Below are positions 1 to 8,774 of a DNA stretch of 64,000 bases, piece by piece. Origin of the DNA: Schmidtea polychroa. Its lineage: Eukaryota. The stretch covers positions 10,480,001 through 10,544,000 of the forward strand of contig CM097885.1 of NCBI GenBank assembly GCA_044892525.1. The letters run 5' to 3'. The position numbers and the translations under genes were made by a program. The notes under the pieces were generated by a model, which saw nothing but the letters and a program-made list of their open reading frames with translations, was not told the DNA's origin and ran no database searches. Within the stretch, counting starts at the first letter, position 1; each line of letters starts with the position of its first letter.

Positions 1-109
1 AAAATAATAATAATAATAATAAAAATAATATATCAACCAAATACATAAAAATGAACTAGACACATAAAACACAAACAATTAACAAATGTAAAGATATAAA
101 ATTTATTCA
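1..109. repeat. Inner end of left terminal inverted repeat
   Basis: Reverse complement matches 13475 onward (TGAATAAATTTTATATCTTTACATTTGTTAATTG...) with one substitution plus a length difference in the (ATT)n tract. Confidence 0.9.
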
Positions 110-450
110 TCCAATATTTGCTTGTAATAAGCTCTTCTTAATTCTGCTAGTAAAATATGAACAACTTCTTTCATCTTATATTCTTGGCAGCATCTACATC
201 TAAACGGACATGGTAATTTCATCGGATCCATACATACTTCACAATCGTCTATGCATTTAAATCTTGATTCTTGTACAGATTCGAAATGTCTTCGTATAAG
301 TTCTTCTATATTGATCCCCGTTAATTGCTTGATTCTATAAGCTAATAATTCCGGAGCACAATATGAAAGTCTGTTCTTTATATTCGGGAACAATTCTTCC
401 ATCTTCGTTAATATAGTCTGGAATATGTAAGCTTGCTTATCGTCATCCAT
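103..450 (-). CDS. Polinton hypothetical protein with Cys cluster (possible Zn-binding)
   Basis: 115-aa ATG ORF containing CIDDCEVC...CPFRCRCC. Its stop codon overlaps an AATAAA inside the TIR. Confidence 0.65.
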   Translation of the reverse strand: MDDDKQAYIFQTILTKMEELFPNIKNRLSYCAPELLAYRIKQLTGINIEELIRRHFESVQESRFKCIDDCEVCMDPMKLPCPFRCRCCQEYKMKEVVHILLAELRRAYYKQILDE

Positions 451-513
451 TTTTGAATTTTTGTTATTGTAGATATTCAGTTAATTTAAACACAATTAAT
501 TAAATTAATTTAA

Positions 514-990
514 TTAACTTAATAAATATTCCAATATTTCTTCATTTGTTGTGATATTTATAGTTAATGATTTAATGAATTTCTGAATTTCTTGAATTTG
601 ATTAAAATAATCAAATGTTTTAATCCCTAATATAACAACTTTCCCACTTGAAAAAACATTTACACATAGGGGGTTATACTTGAGAATACGTAAAGCTGGA
701 AATATTTCAGGCTCATAGTAACTATCGGTTTTCCTTGACAATGCATTTAAATCAATGCATGTACCCATATCTAACGTTAATGTAATTGATTGGATTTGTA
801 AATCTTGAATCTGATATTTGAGATCGCCTTCCTGTAATGGTTTCTTACATCCCATTATCCTACATTTCCCGCTCTTGAAGAATAAAATTGGATATTTTCC
901 ACTTCTGTCCACGACATGTTGAGGTTTTCCTGATGGGAACTTCATTCCATTTACTACACATCTTCCTCTATAATTAATGTTGCTGATCAT
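514..990 (-). CDS. TATA-box-binding protein (TBP)-like protein
   Basis: Two TBP repeats: ILFFKSGKCRIMGCK and YEPEIFPAL...VNVFSSGKVVILGIK, compared with canonical YEPELFPGL...IFVSGKVVLTGAK. First ATG is at 990; the ORF track extends to a TTG at 1014. Confidence 0.85.
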   Translation of the reverse strand: MISNINYRGRCVVNGMKFPSGKPQHVVDRSGKYPILFFKSGKCRIMGCKKPLQEGDLKYQIQDLQIQSITLTLDMGTCIDLNALSRKTDSYYEPEIFPALRILKYNPLCVNVFSSGKVVILGIKTFDYFNQIQEIQKFIKSLTINITTNEEILEYLLS

Positions 991-1040
991 TCTAATTATT
1001 GTAATTATAAACAAATTAAATAAAATAATTTAATTAAAAA

Positions 1041-1664
1041 ATGGAATTAAGAAATGACGCAGTATATCAAATAGTAGGACCTAGTGGAAGCGGGAAAACT
1101 TTATTTGTATGTAATTTATTACAATCAAACATGTTTAAATCTAAATTTAATAAAATATATTGGCATCGAGGTGCAGATGAAGAACATGGATTGACTCAAA
1201 ACAGTTTCTGTAAATTAAAAATGACAATAATTAAAGGATTTGATAAAAATTGGTCATCTAGATTACGTCAAGGTGATGTTATTATTATCGATGATCTGTA
1301 CCAGGAAGCAAATAAAGAAAAAGATTTTAATAATTTATTTACAAAAATCAGTAGACATTGCGGAGTTACAGTTATTTTCATTACACAAAATCTTTTTCAT
1401 CAAGGTGGAAGTCATAGAACACGTAATTTAAATGTCCAATATTTAATTATTTTCAAAAATCCTAGAGATCAAACAATAATAGATTTTCTTGCGAGACAAG
1501 CTTATCCAAATAATAGAAAATTTTTGATTGATTCATTCCAAGATGCAACAAAAATTCCTCATGGATATTTATTTTTTGATTTTACACAACAATGTCCAGA
1601 TGATATGCGTATTAGAACTGATATTTTTAATATAAACGGTGTTACGATTTATAAACAAAACTAA
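1041..1664 (+). CDS. A32/FtsK-like genome packaging ATPase
   Basis: Walker A GPSGSGKT, Walker B IIIDD, and SRH...ITQNLF...RTRNLN...FKNPRD typical of Polinton ATPases. Confidence 0.95.
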   Translation: MELRNDAVYQIVGPSGSGKTLFVCNLLQSNMFKSKFNKIYWHRGADEEHGLTQNSFCKLKMTIIKGFDKNWSSRLRQGDVIIIDDLYQEANKEKDFNNLFTKISRHCGVTVIFITQNLFHQGGSHRTRNLNVQYLIIFKNPRDQTIIDFLARQAYPNNRKFLIDSFQDATKIPHGYLFFDFTQQCPDDMRIRTDIFNINGVTIYKQN

Positions 1665-1683
1665 AAACTAAATAAAATTAATC

Positions 1684-1836
1684 ATGTCATTTAAAAAAGT
1701 AGTTGTTAAAAATCTTCCAAGTGTTTCGAAGAAAATTACCAAGAAAACAAAACGTACAAAGAAAACAAAAAGTGGATCAAAAAGTACAAAAAGTACAAAA
1801 ACTAAGAAAAAAATCAAGAAGTGGATCAAATTATAA
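1684..1836 (+). CDS. Small highly basic protein (putative DNA-condensing core protein)
   Basis: Hand-translated 50-aa ORF MSFKKVVVKNLPSVSKKITKKTKRTKKTKSGSKSTKSTKTKKKIKKWIKL with 21 K/R and no acidic residue. It fills the gap between neighbouring genes and is below the ORF-track cutoff. Confidence 0.7.
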   Translation: MSFKKVVVKNLPSVSKKITKKTKRTKKTKSGSKSTKSTKTKKKIKKWIKL

Positions 1837-1858
1837 ACAATCCGTCGCGTAAATAATA

Positions 1859-2185
1859 ATGAAATTTGAACGGAGCTTACCATATTTTAATGCTTTAATA
1901 AAGGCACCAAATTCGAAACGAATATCAATTTTACAGTCTTTTCCATCATTTGTTATTGATGATTTACTTGAAGTTATTATAAATGTTGTCCGCGGTAATG
2001 TAAATATAACTAAAGCTAAAAGATTAGTATTGCAAAGACATAAAAGATCACTTTTATCTCTAGTTGATACAAAAAATCGTCGTCTAATGAGAAAGATAAT
2101 ATATAAACAAAAAGGAGGGTTCTTGGGTGCACTAATTCCTATAGTCTTATCTGCAATTAGTGCAATCTCATCATTAAGTTCTTAA
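1859..2185 (+). CDS. Polinton virion core protein with QKGG putative adenain site and hydrophobic C-terminal peptide
   Basis: 108-aa ORF with NVVRGNV and a QKGG-FLGALIPIVLSAIS tail, in the structural gene block. Confidence 0.75.
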   Translation: MKFERSLPYFNALIKAPNSKRISILQSFPSFVIDDLLEVIINVVRGNVNITKAKRLVLQRHKRSLLSLVDTKNRRLMRKIIYKQKGGFLGALIPIVLSAISAISSLSS

Positions 2186-2439
2186 TGGGTATCAAGAGTT
2201 CATTACCAAATAAAAATATTGTAGATTTTAATATTTTGACAACTTGTTGTAATAATGAAGGAAACGTATCACAAAACCAACACAAAAGTGGAAAAAATGA
2301 AAACAAAAGTGAAAACAAATGTGAAAACAAAAGTGAAAAAAGTGAAAACAATAGAGAAAAAGTTAAAAACCATATGGACAAACCCAAAAGATCCAGATGG
2401 TTTTGGTGGCGTAGAAAAATTAACAAAACGAGTGAATAA
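2185..2439 (+). CDS. Small protein with N-myristoylation-like start, overlapping the integrase 5' end
   Basis: MGIKSS (MGxxxS), a CC pair and a basic/aromatic RSRWFWWRRK patch. TAATG stop/start overlap with the upstream ORF. Confidence 0.5.
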   Translation: MGIKSSLPNKNIVDFNILTTCCNNEGNVSQNQHKSGKNENKSENKCENKSEKSENNREKVKNHMDKPKRSRWFWWRRKINKTSE

Positions 2440-3403
2440 TTCAAAGAAAGAAACTCAGAAATGGTTATCTAATCAATTAGCATATAGTTTAAATAAACCA
2501 ATGTTGAAACGTTTTCCAACAAGACCATACAAAACAATTGGAAACAATGATGTATGGCAAATGGATTTGATGGAAATGATACCTTATTCAAAAATTAACA
2601 AGGGGTACAAATATATTCTGACTTGTATAGATGTTTTTAATAGATATGCTCGTGCTGTTCCTACAAAAACTAAATCTGCAAATGAAATGGCTGATGCGAT
2701 AAAAGAAATGTTTGCAGATGGTAAACCTATTAATTTACAAACGGATTTAGGTAATTAAATTTAATTAATTAATTTTTAAATATATGATTTAGGTAAAGAA
2801 TTTTATAACAGCAAAGTTAAAGAGGTTATCAAAGGAATAAACCATTACTCGGTATTTTCTCAGTTCAAAGCTGCTCACGTAGAACGATTTAATCGAACTT
2901 TAAGAGAACGCTTGAAAAAATATTTTGTATATCAAGGTAATAAAACTTGGATAAATGTTTTGCCAAAAATTATTTTCAGTTACAATCATTCACCACACAG
3001 AGGATTAAAAGGACAAACACCTGCAGATTTTACTAAAAATCAAACAAAGTCAGAAAAAATCAATAAACCGAAATACAAGGTTGGTGATCATGTAAGAATT
3101 AGTAAAATCAATTCTTCACCATTCATCAAAAACTTTGATAATAATTGGAGTGATGAAGTATATCAAATTTTTAAAATCGATACAAAACAGAATCCTGTCA
3201 TGTATGTGATAGTTGATCATGAAAACAAACCAATCACTGGTAAATTCTATGAACAAGAACTCCAAGTAATTCCAGCTCCTACAATATTTAGAATTCAAAA
3301 GATTTTAAAAACCAAAAAAGATGGTAAATATAAACAATACTATGTTAAATGGCATGGATATGAAACTCCATCTTGGATATCCGAAAATCAATTGATTAAA
3401 TAA
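2255..3403 (+). CDS. Retroviral-like (rve) integrase with C-terminal chromodomain; exons 2255-2750 and 2793-3403
   Basis: DDE residues in WQMDL, QTDLG|KEF and VERFNRTL; chromodomain YYVKWHGY...SW. Removing the 42-nt GT-AG intron 2751-2792 joins two track ORFs into 368 aa. Confidence 0.93.
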
Positions 3404-3408
3404 ATATT

Positions 3409-4434
3409 ATGAAAGATTTTTATATTATTTTACCTTCTAATAGTTGTCCTCTTATTTTCCCCGATAATGAAGCTAGTAAATTTAATGTCGAATTTCAAAA
3501 TCCTATTTACTTGGATGGTGAATGGGAAGTAGCTCTCATGGACTTTACCTTTGTGTATAATACTTTTCCTTATTACAGTAATTCATTGATACAATATGAA
3601 AAAGTAAAGATGGATGAAGAAATTAAATATTTTAGAATAAATAATTCAAATCGAACCTTTGAAGTAATAAATCCTAAAAATACTCCTGAAGTTGACATGT
3701 TCATTGAAAGATATGAGAATTTGGTTGTTGTTTGTCCACATGTTCCATTTAAAATAACGTTTCCAGATTTTGAACATGCTATTAAATTTGGATTAAAATC
3801 AGTATCGATTATTAGTGATAGTGATCATTTGCGAATTAAATTACCAAAATTTACAGAAGATAAAACAATTGATCAATTTGGTATAATTATAAGTGTTGTT
3901 GAAAAAACAAAATTTGAACATTATTTCGAAGATGAACTATACATCAATACTTTATCTGAAATACATGGTCAGTTAATGACAATTAATCCGTCTCCCTTTA
4001 AAGATTTAAAAATACAAAATAATGAATTGGTTAAAATAAGTCTTGCTGATAACATTTCATCAATAACCTTTGATAAAAATTTAACAAAAACATTGGGATT
4101 AAAGAAACAAACATTTACAGAGAAAGAAATTATTGGAACAAAAATTCCAAAGTTATTTAATCATCATCAACAAATGTTTATTTACTCAAATATTATCGAA
4201 CCATTGACTGTTGGAGATGTAAGAGTTCCGTTATTGAAATCTATTTGGATAAAAAAATATGAACAAGGAGAAATTGTGCAACTAGAAATGAAGAATCCAA
4301 TGTATCTACCAATTTCTAATTCTTCTATAAACAACATTGAAATCAATATACGAGATGATAGTGGAAAATTAATAAAATTTAGTAGAGATACAAAAACACA
4401 CTTGACATTACATTTTCGTAAAATAAATGATTAA
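3409..4434 (+). CDS. Minor capsid (penton) protein, paralog 1
   Basis: FYIILPSNS...N..SKF...PIYLDGEWEVAL N-terminus and FIYSNIIE...VGD...PLL...Y.P...IEINIRDDSG...LHFR C-terminus typical of Polinton pentons. Confidence 0.88.
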   Translation: MKDFYIILPSNSCPLIFPDNEASKFNVEFQNPIYLDGEWEVALMDFTFVYNTFPYYSNSLIQYEKVKMDEEIKYFRINNSNRTFEVINPKNTPEVDMFIERYENLVVVCPHVPFKITFPDFEHAIKFGLKSVSIISDSDHLRIKLPKFTEDKTIDQFGIIISVVEKTKFEHYFEDELYINTLSEIHGQLMTINPSPFKDLKIQNNELVKISLADNISSITFDKNLTKTLGLKKQTFTEKEIIGTKIPKLFNHHQQMFIYSNIIEPLTVGDVRVPLLKSIWIKKYEQGEIVQLEMKNPMYLPISNSSINNIEINIRDDSGKLIKFSRDTKTHLTLHFRKIND

Positions 4435-5443
4435 AAAAGATTTTTATGTGAATTTACCTTCTAATAGTTGTCCTCAGACTCATCCAAATAATGAAGCTGG
4501 TAAATTTAATGTCGAATTTCAAAATCCTATTTACTTGGATGGTGAATGGGAAGTAGCTCTCATGGACTTTACCTTTGTGTATAATTATTTTCCTTTTTAC
4601 AGTAATTCAAATGTCAAATATAGTAAAAGTGTATTACATACAAGTTATGAATACTTTTACTTTAACCAAGAAAAAAATGAATATACAATCAGTCACGACT
4701 CTCCATTTTATTTAATATATATTGATGGAAATACATTGAACATTAATTGTAAATATTTTCCTTTTAAAGTAGAATTCGATAGTATTAAAGAAGCGCAAAA
4801 ATTGGGATTTTCAGAAAAAGAAATAACTTTTAAAAAAACCTTGAACCAAATCACTATTCCTCCAAATAATCGAAAAATAAAGTTTGATACAATTCGATTA
4901 ACTATACAATATTATTACGATGTCGAGTATACAGATACATTCGAAGAAAATATCATTACAGATCTTTCACAAATAAATGATCAACTATCACTCTTTTATC
5001 CTCGTCCATTTAAATCTGTTGATATTCAAAAAGGAAAAATCGTTAAAATTGTAATGGATGATGATGTCAGTAAAGTTCAATTTAGTAAATTTTTAGCCAA
5101 TAGTTTAGGATTATTAGAAGAAGCATATACTGACAAACTTATTATTGGTTTTAAAGAACCTGAAGTATTACAACGCAATCAACAATTGATGATCTATACA
5201 AATATTATCGAACCAATTATTGTTGGTGATACATTGGTCCCTCTTTTGAAATGTATTTGGGTGGAAAAACATAAAAAAGATGATTTAGTACAAATAATTG
5301 AAAAGAATCCAATGTACTTACCTGTATCGTCTTCATATATAAACAATATAGAAATCAATATACGAGATGATAGTGGAAAATATATATTTGGAAAAGAAGA
5401 TAAAACATACTTGACATTACATTTTCGTAAAATAAATGAGTAA
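4427..5443 (+). CDS. Minor capsid (penton) protein, paralog 2
   Basis: Same N- and C-terminal penton motifs as 3409-4434, with a divergent centre. Confidence 0.88.
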   Translation: MIKKDFYVNLPSNSCPQTHPNNEAGKFNVEFQNPIYLDGEWEVALMDFTFVYNYFPFYSNSNVKYSKSVLHTSYEYFYFNQEKNEYTISHDSPFYLIYIDGNTLNINCKYFPFKVEFDSIKEAQKLGFSEKEITFKKTLNQITIPPNNRKIKFDTIRLTIQYYYDVEYTDTFEENIITDLSQINDQLSLFYPRPFKSVDIQKGKIVKIVMDDDVSKVQFSKFLANSLGLLEEAYTDKLIIGFKEPEVLQRNQQLMIYTNIIEPIIVGDTLVPLLKCIWVEKHKKDDLVQIIEKNPMYLPVSSSYINNIEINIRDDSGKYIFGKEDKTYLTLHFRKINE

Positions 5444-5834
5444 TCCTGACATAATACATTTTTATAGTAGTAACCAATCGGGTGGTGATTTACCATATTT
5501 TGTTGGTAAACAATATGGAACCGGTTGGTTGAAGACAATAGGTAGATTTGCACTCCCAATTCTTAGACGAATAGGAAATTTTGGTATGAAAACAGCTAAT
5601 GACGTAATAAATAACAATGCAAATATCTTGCCTGCTTTAAAATCAAATGCAATTTCTGAAATTAAAGAATCATTACCAGCTGTGATGCAACATTTACCTG
5701 AAGTAATTAATAAAGTATCCGATGTATTTAAAAATGATAAAGAACAAAAAGGCGGAATACTTAAACGCCGAAAAATTATGAAGAAACATATAAACAAAAG
5801 AATGAAAGGATATGGTACCATCTTTGAAAAATGA
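5436..5834 (+). CDS. Polinton core / putative membrane-lytic protein with several protease sites
   Basis: QSGG, QYGTG, QKGG and MKGYG motifs plus an amphipathic WLKTIGRFALPILRRIG helix. Lies directly upstream of the major capsid gene. Confidence 0.75.
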   Translation: MSNPDIIHFYSSNQSGGDLPYFVGKQYGTGWLKTIGRFALPILRRIGNFGMKTANDVINNNANILPALKSNAISEIKESLPAVMQHLPEVINKVSDVFKNDKEQKGGILKRRKIMKKHINKRMKGYGTIFEK

Positions 5835-7054
5835 TTAGTGCTAAATCAGAATTATGTCTTTTTGATAGACCTTCTCCCCAAGCAGTGATTGAACATGGAG
5901 CATTTGAAGATGTATACCCAAGAAATTCAATTACAGATGCCGGTTCTTCTTCGATTCAATTTTACATAAATGGATCGCAGACTGAATATTTAGATTTGAA
6001 TGATACTTTGTTATATATTCAATTGAAAGTTGTTAATAATTTAGGTGAGAATTTAGGCGAATCAGAAGTAATTCCAAATAATTTCTTCTTCCAAACCCTT
6101 TTTAAAGATGTTGAATTAATTTTTAATTCAATCAAAGTTGAAGGATCAAATGATAGATTTGCCCACAAAGCATTAATTGAAACACTTATAAATTATGACG
6201 GAGATACTAAACGAACATCTTTAGGTGGAATGGGGTATACTAACAAAGATCTTACGAGAAAAACATGGATTGAAAAATCAAAATCCTTTTCTTTATGTTC
6301 CCCACTTCAATTTGATTTCTTTGATCAACCTAAATATTTACTACCAGGTGTTAGTGTTCAAATTAAATTAACAAGATCAAATCCAACACTTAGTTTAACT
6401 TGTGCGAAAATTGAACCGAAAATTTTATTATTAGACGCAAAATTAATGGTTAGAAGAGTTCGTGTTGAACCATCGGTTTTGGCAGGACATCAAATTGGTC
6501 TGTCTACCAAAAATGCAATTTATCCTTTAAGAAGCAAAGAAGTTGTTGATTTCTCATTACCTATTGGTTCTTCCTCTTTTTATAAAGAACAAATATTTGG
6601 AGATAGACGATTACCTAATTTTATACTTGTTGCATTTCAATCTAGTAAAAGATTTAGTGGATCGTTTTCAGAATCATTTTCTTTATTTGATCACTTTAAT
6701 GTCAAGTCCATAACTTTAAGTAAAGGAAGTGATTATCGCGAAAAATATAGTCAAGATTTTGAGAATGATGATTATAGTACAAGTTATATGCAATCGATTA
6801 TTAGAAATATGGGTTATCTAAATAAAAATATGAATTGTGGTATCACCATGTCTGATTTTAAGAGCAAGTATCCATTCTTTACATTCGTATTGGCACCAGA
6901 TTTTGATCTTCATCAAAGTCAGTTACCACAAAGTGGAAATTTGCGATTAGATATTAAATTCGCATCTTCACTTACTGAAGCTGTTTCTGTAATCGTATAT
7001 GGAGTTTTTGAAAAAGAAATTCAAATTACATCTACTCGTACTGTTTTGGTATAA
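5831..7054 (+). CDS. Major capsid protein (double jelly-roll, hexon-like)
   Basis: 407 aa with SELCLF...Q, YLDLNDT, PNNFFFQTLF, FFDQPKYLLPGV, KNAIYP and GNLRLDIKF motifs of Polinton capsid proteins. Confidence 0.9.
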   Translation: MISAKSELCLFDRPSPQAVIEHGAFEDVYPRNSITDAGSSSIQFYINGSQTEYLDLNDTLLYIQLKVVNNLGENLGESEVIPNNFFFQTLFKDVELIFNSIKVEGSNDRFAHKALIETLINYDGDTKRTSLGGMGYTNKDLTRKTWIEKSKSFSLCSPLQFDFFDQPKYLLPGVSVQIKLTRSNPTLSLTCAKIEPKILLLDAKLMVRRVRVEPSVLAGHQIGLSTKNAIYPLRSKEVVDFSLPIGSSSFYKEQIFGDRRLPNFILVAFQSSKRFSGSFSESFSLFDHFNVKSITLSKGSDYREKYSQDFENDDYSTSYMQSIIRNMGYLNKNMNCGITMSDFKSKYPFFTFVLAPDFDLHQSQLPQSGNLRLDIKFASSLTEAVSVIVYGVFEKEIQITSTRTVLV

Positions 7055-7088
7055 TATAAACCAAATATCGAAAATCAATTAATCAAAT

Positions 7089-7467
7089 ATGAAGTAAGAA
7101 TTAATTTAAATTATTTAATTATTATTAATTTAGTTCTATTCAGATACATGTTATCGGAAGAAAATTACTAGGAAAAGAATTTCTAGGTGTTTTCCCATTA
7201 GACAAAATACCTTATTTAGATGTCAACAAAGCAATAATTGTAAATACTCAATCTGCTAATCTGAATGGTGAACATTGGCTTGCAGTATACGTGAAACCAG
7301 ACAAAATATATGCATTTGATCCAATGGGATTCTATTATCCACCTATATTAATCAATAAACTACAATCAATGTCAATGCCAATTGAATACAATCGAATACG
7401 TTACCAAAACCCTATAACAAAAACATGTGGACAACATTGTTTGGCTTGGTTAAAGTCAATGAAATAA
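7089..7467 (+). CDS. Adenain-like cysteine maturation protease; exons 7089-7093 and 7134-7467
   Basis: Not in the ORF track. ATG AA|40-nt GT-AG intron|T TCT gives 112 aa: MNSIQI...FLGVFPLD...IVNTQSANLNGEHWLA...FDPMG...YQNPITKTCGQHC, with catalytic H, D, Q and C present. Confidence 0.92.
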
Positions 7468-7604
7468 ATTTTTATAATAAAAAGTTGTTTTCAATAAATT
7501 TTAGCTGATTATTTCAATAAATTTTTAGTTGATTATTAATTCAATATAATTGATTATTAAAATTTAAATTTTAGTTGATTATTAAACTAAATCTTTAATT
7601 AAGT

Positions 7605-7826
7605 TAATTATTATGTAAGGTATTAAATCCTTTAATTATTATGTAAGTTATTTAATCCTTTAATTATTACGCATGGTATCAAATTTAATCCTTTAATTAT
7701 TACGTAATGTATTAAGTAGAAGAAGAAGTATATAAATGATTTGTTTTTAAAATATGGTCATAATTTGCTAGTACCAAGGATTGTAAGAATTTTATTTTTT
7801 AATTATTAAAATTTAATTATTTTTAG
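7605..7826 (+). promoter_or_regulatory. Putative Pol II promoter: repeated TTA(T/C)GTAA-type sites, TATA box and 5'UTR intron
   Basis: Four ~30-bp repeats ending TTATGTAA, TTATGTAA, TTACGCAT and TTACGTAA. TATATAAA at 7729-7736. A 44-nt GTAAG...TTTTAG segment at 7783-7826 just before ATG 7840. Confidence 0.55.
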
Positions 7827-7839
7827 ATAAAAATCAAAA

Positions 7840-8113
7840 ATGAATAATAATGCAACAATGAAAAATGTTAGAAATGCAACAATGAAAAATGCTAATAATG
7901 CAACAATGAAAAATGTTAAAAATGAAACAATGAAAAATGTTAAAAATGCAACAATGAAAAAAGCTAATAATGCAACAATGAAAAATGTTAAAAATGCAAC
8001 AATGAAAAAAGCTAATAATGAAACAATGAAAAATGTTAAAAATGAAACAATGAAAAAAGCTAATAATGCAACAATGAAAAATGTTAAAAATGCAACAATG
8101 AAAAATGACAAAT
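7840..8113 (+). CDS. Repeat-encoded exon (11 x 8-aa N[AE]TMK[NK]xx), probable first coding exon of PolB
   Basis: 24-bp tandem repeats in an open frame from ATG 7840. A GTAAGT donor at 8114 (phase 1) is phase-compatible with the TTTTTAG acceptor at 9359 in the PolB ORF. Confidence 0.55.
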
Positions 8114-8134
8114 GTAAGTATTTTTATCAATTTT

Positions 8135-8470
8135 TAAATAATATTTTATAATGAAATTATTAATATTTTTAAAAATGATTATTAATATTTTTAATAAAAT
8201 TTTATCTTAAGAGTAAAAATAGTGGGAAATCCCTCGTAAAAAATTTTTTAATAATATTTTATAATGAAATTATTAATATTTTTAAAAATGATTATTAATA
8301 TTTTTAATAAAATTTTATCTTAAGAGTAAAAATAAGGGTAAATCCCTCGTAAAAATTTTTTTTATATAATGATGAAATTATTAACATTTTTAAATAATAT
8401 TTTATAATGAAATTATTATTAATGATATTTTTTAATGATATTTATTTTGAAATAAGGGGAAATCCCTCGC
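8135..8470. repeat. ~113-120-bp AT-rich tandem repeat x3, each ending in a GGGAAATCCC-like site
   Basis: GGGAAATCCC 8224-8233, GGGTAAATCCC 8336-8346, GGGAAATCCC 8457-8466. Confidence 0.8.
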
Positions 8471-8490
8471 AAATTTTTTTTATAATGATA

Positions 8491-8697
8491 ATAATGTAGT
8501 CTACAGTGAGCACGTAGCTACATAATAGTCTGCAGTGAGCATGCAGTACTCTTTAATATAATAATGTAGTCTACAGTGAGCACGTAGCTACATAATAGTC
8601 TGCAGTGAGCATGCAGTACTCTTTAATATAATAATGTAGTCTACAGTGAGCACGTAGCTACATAATAGTCTGCAGTGAGCATGCAGTACTCTTTAAT
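8491..8697. repeat. 70-bp perfect tandem repeat x3
   Basis: Unit ATAATGTAGTCTACAGTGAGCACGTAGCTACATAATAGTCTGCAGTGAGCATGCAGTACTCTTTAATATA starts at 8491, 8561 and 8631. Confidence 0.95.
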
Positions 8698-8774
8698 AAT
8701 AATAATCTGACCCTTATTAAATACTTATTAACTTTAAAATTTTTTCAACAACATTTAAAATAACACTTAAATAT

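Noticed and set aside
2255..3403. Integrase as a pseudogene with a premature stop
   Set aside because: The stop lies within a canonical 42-nt intron whose removal restores the catalytic core.
7806..8130. Minus-strand hydrophobic and Cys-His repeat ORFs, plus antisense ORFs within the ATPase, penton and PolB genes
   Set aside because: Shadow frames of plus-strand repeats or genes.
8491..8697. Regular repeats here and the TCAAGGTCA arrays as a CRISPR array
   Set aside because: Head-to-tail tandem units with no unique spacers, no cas genes, and a eukaryotic context.
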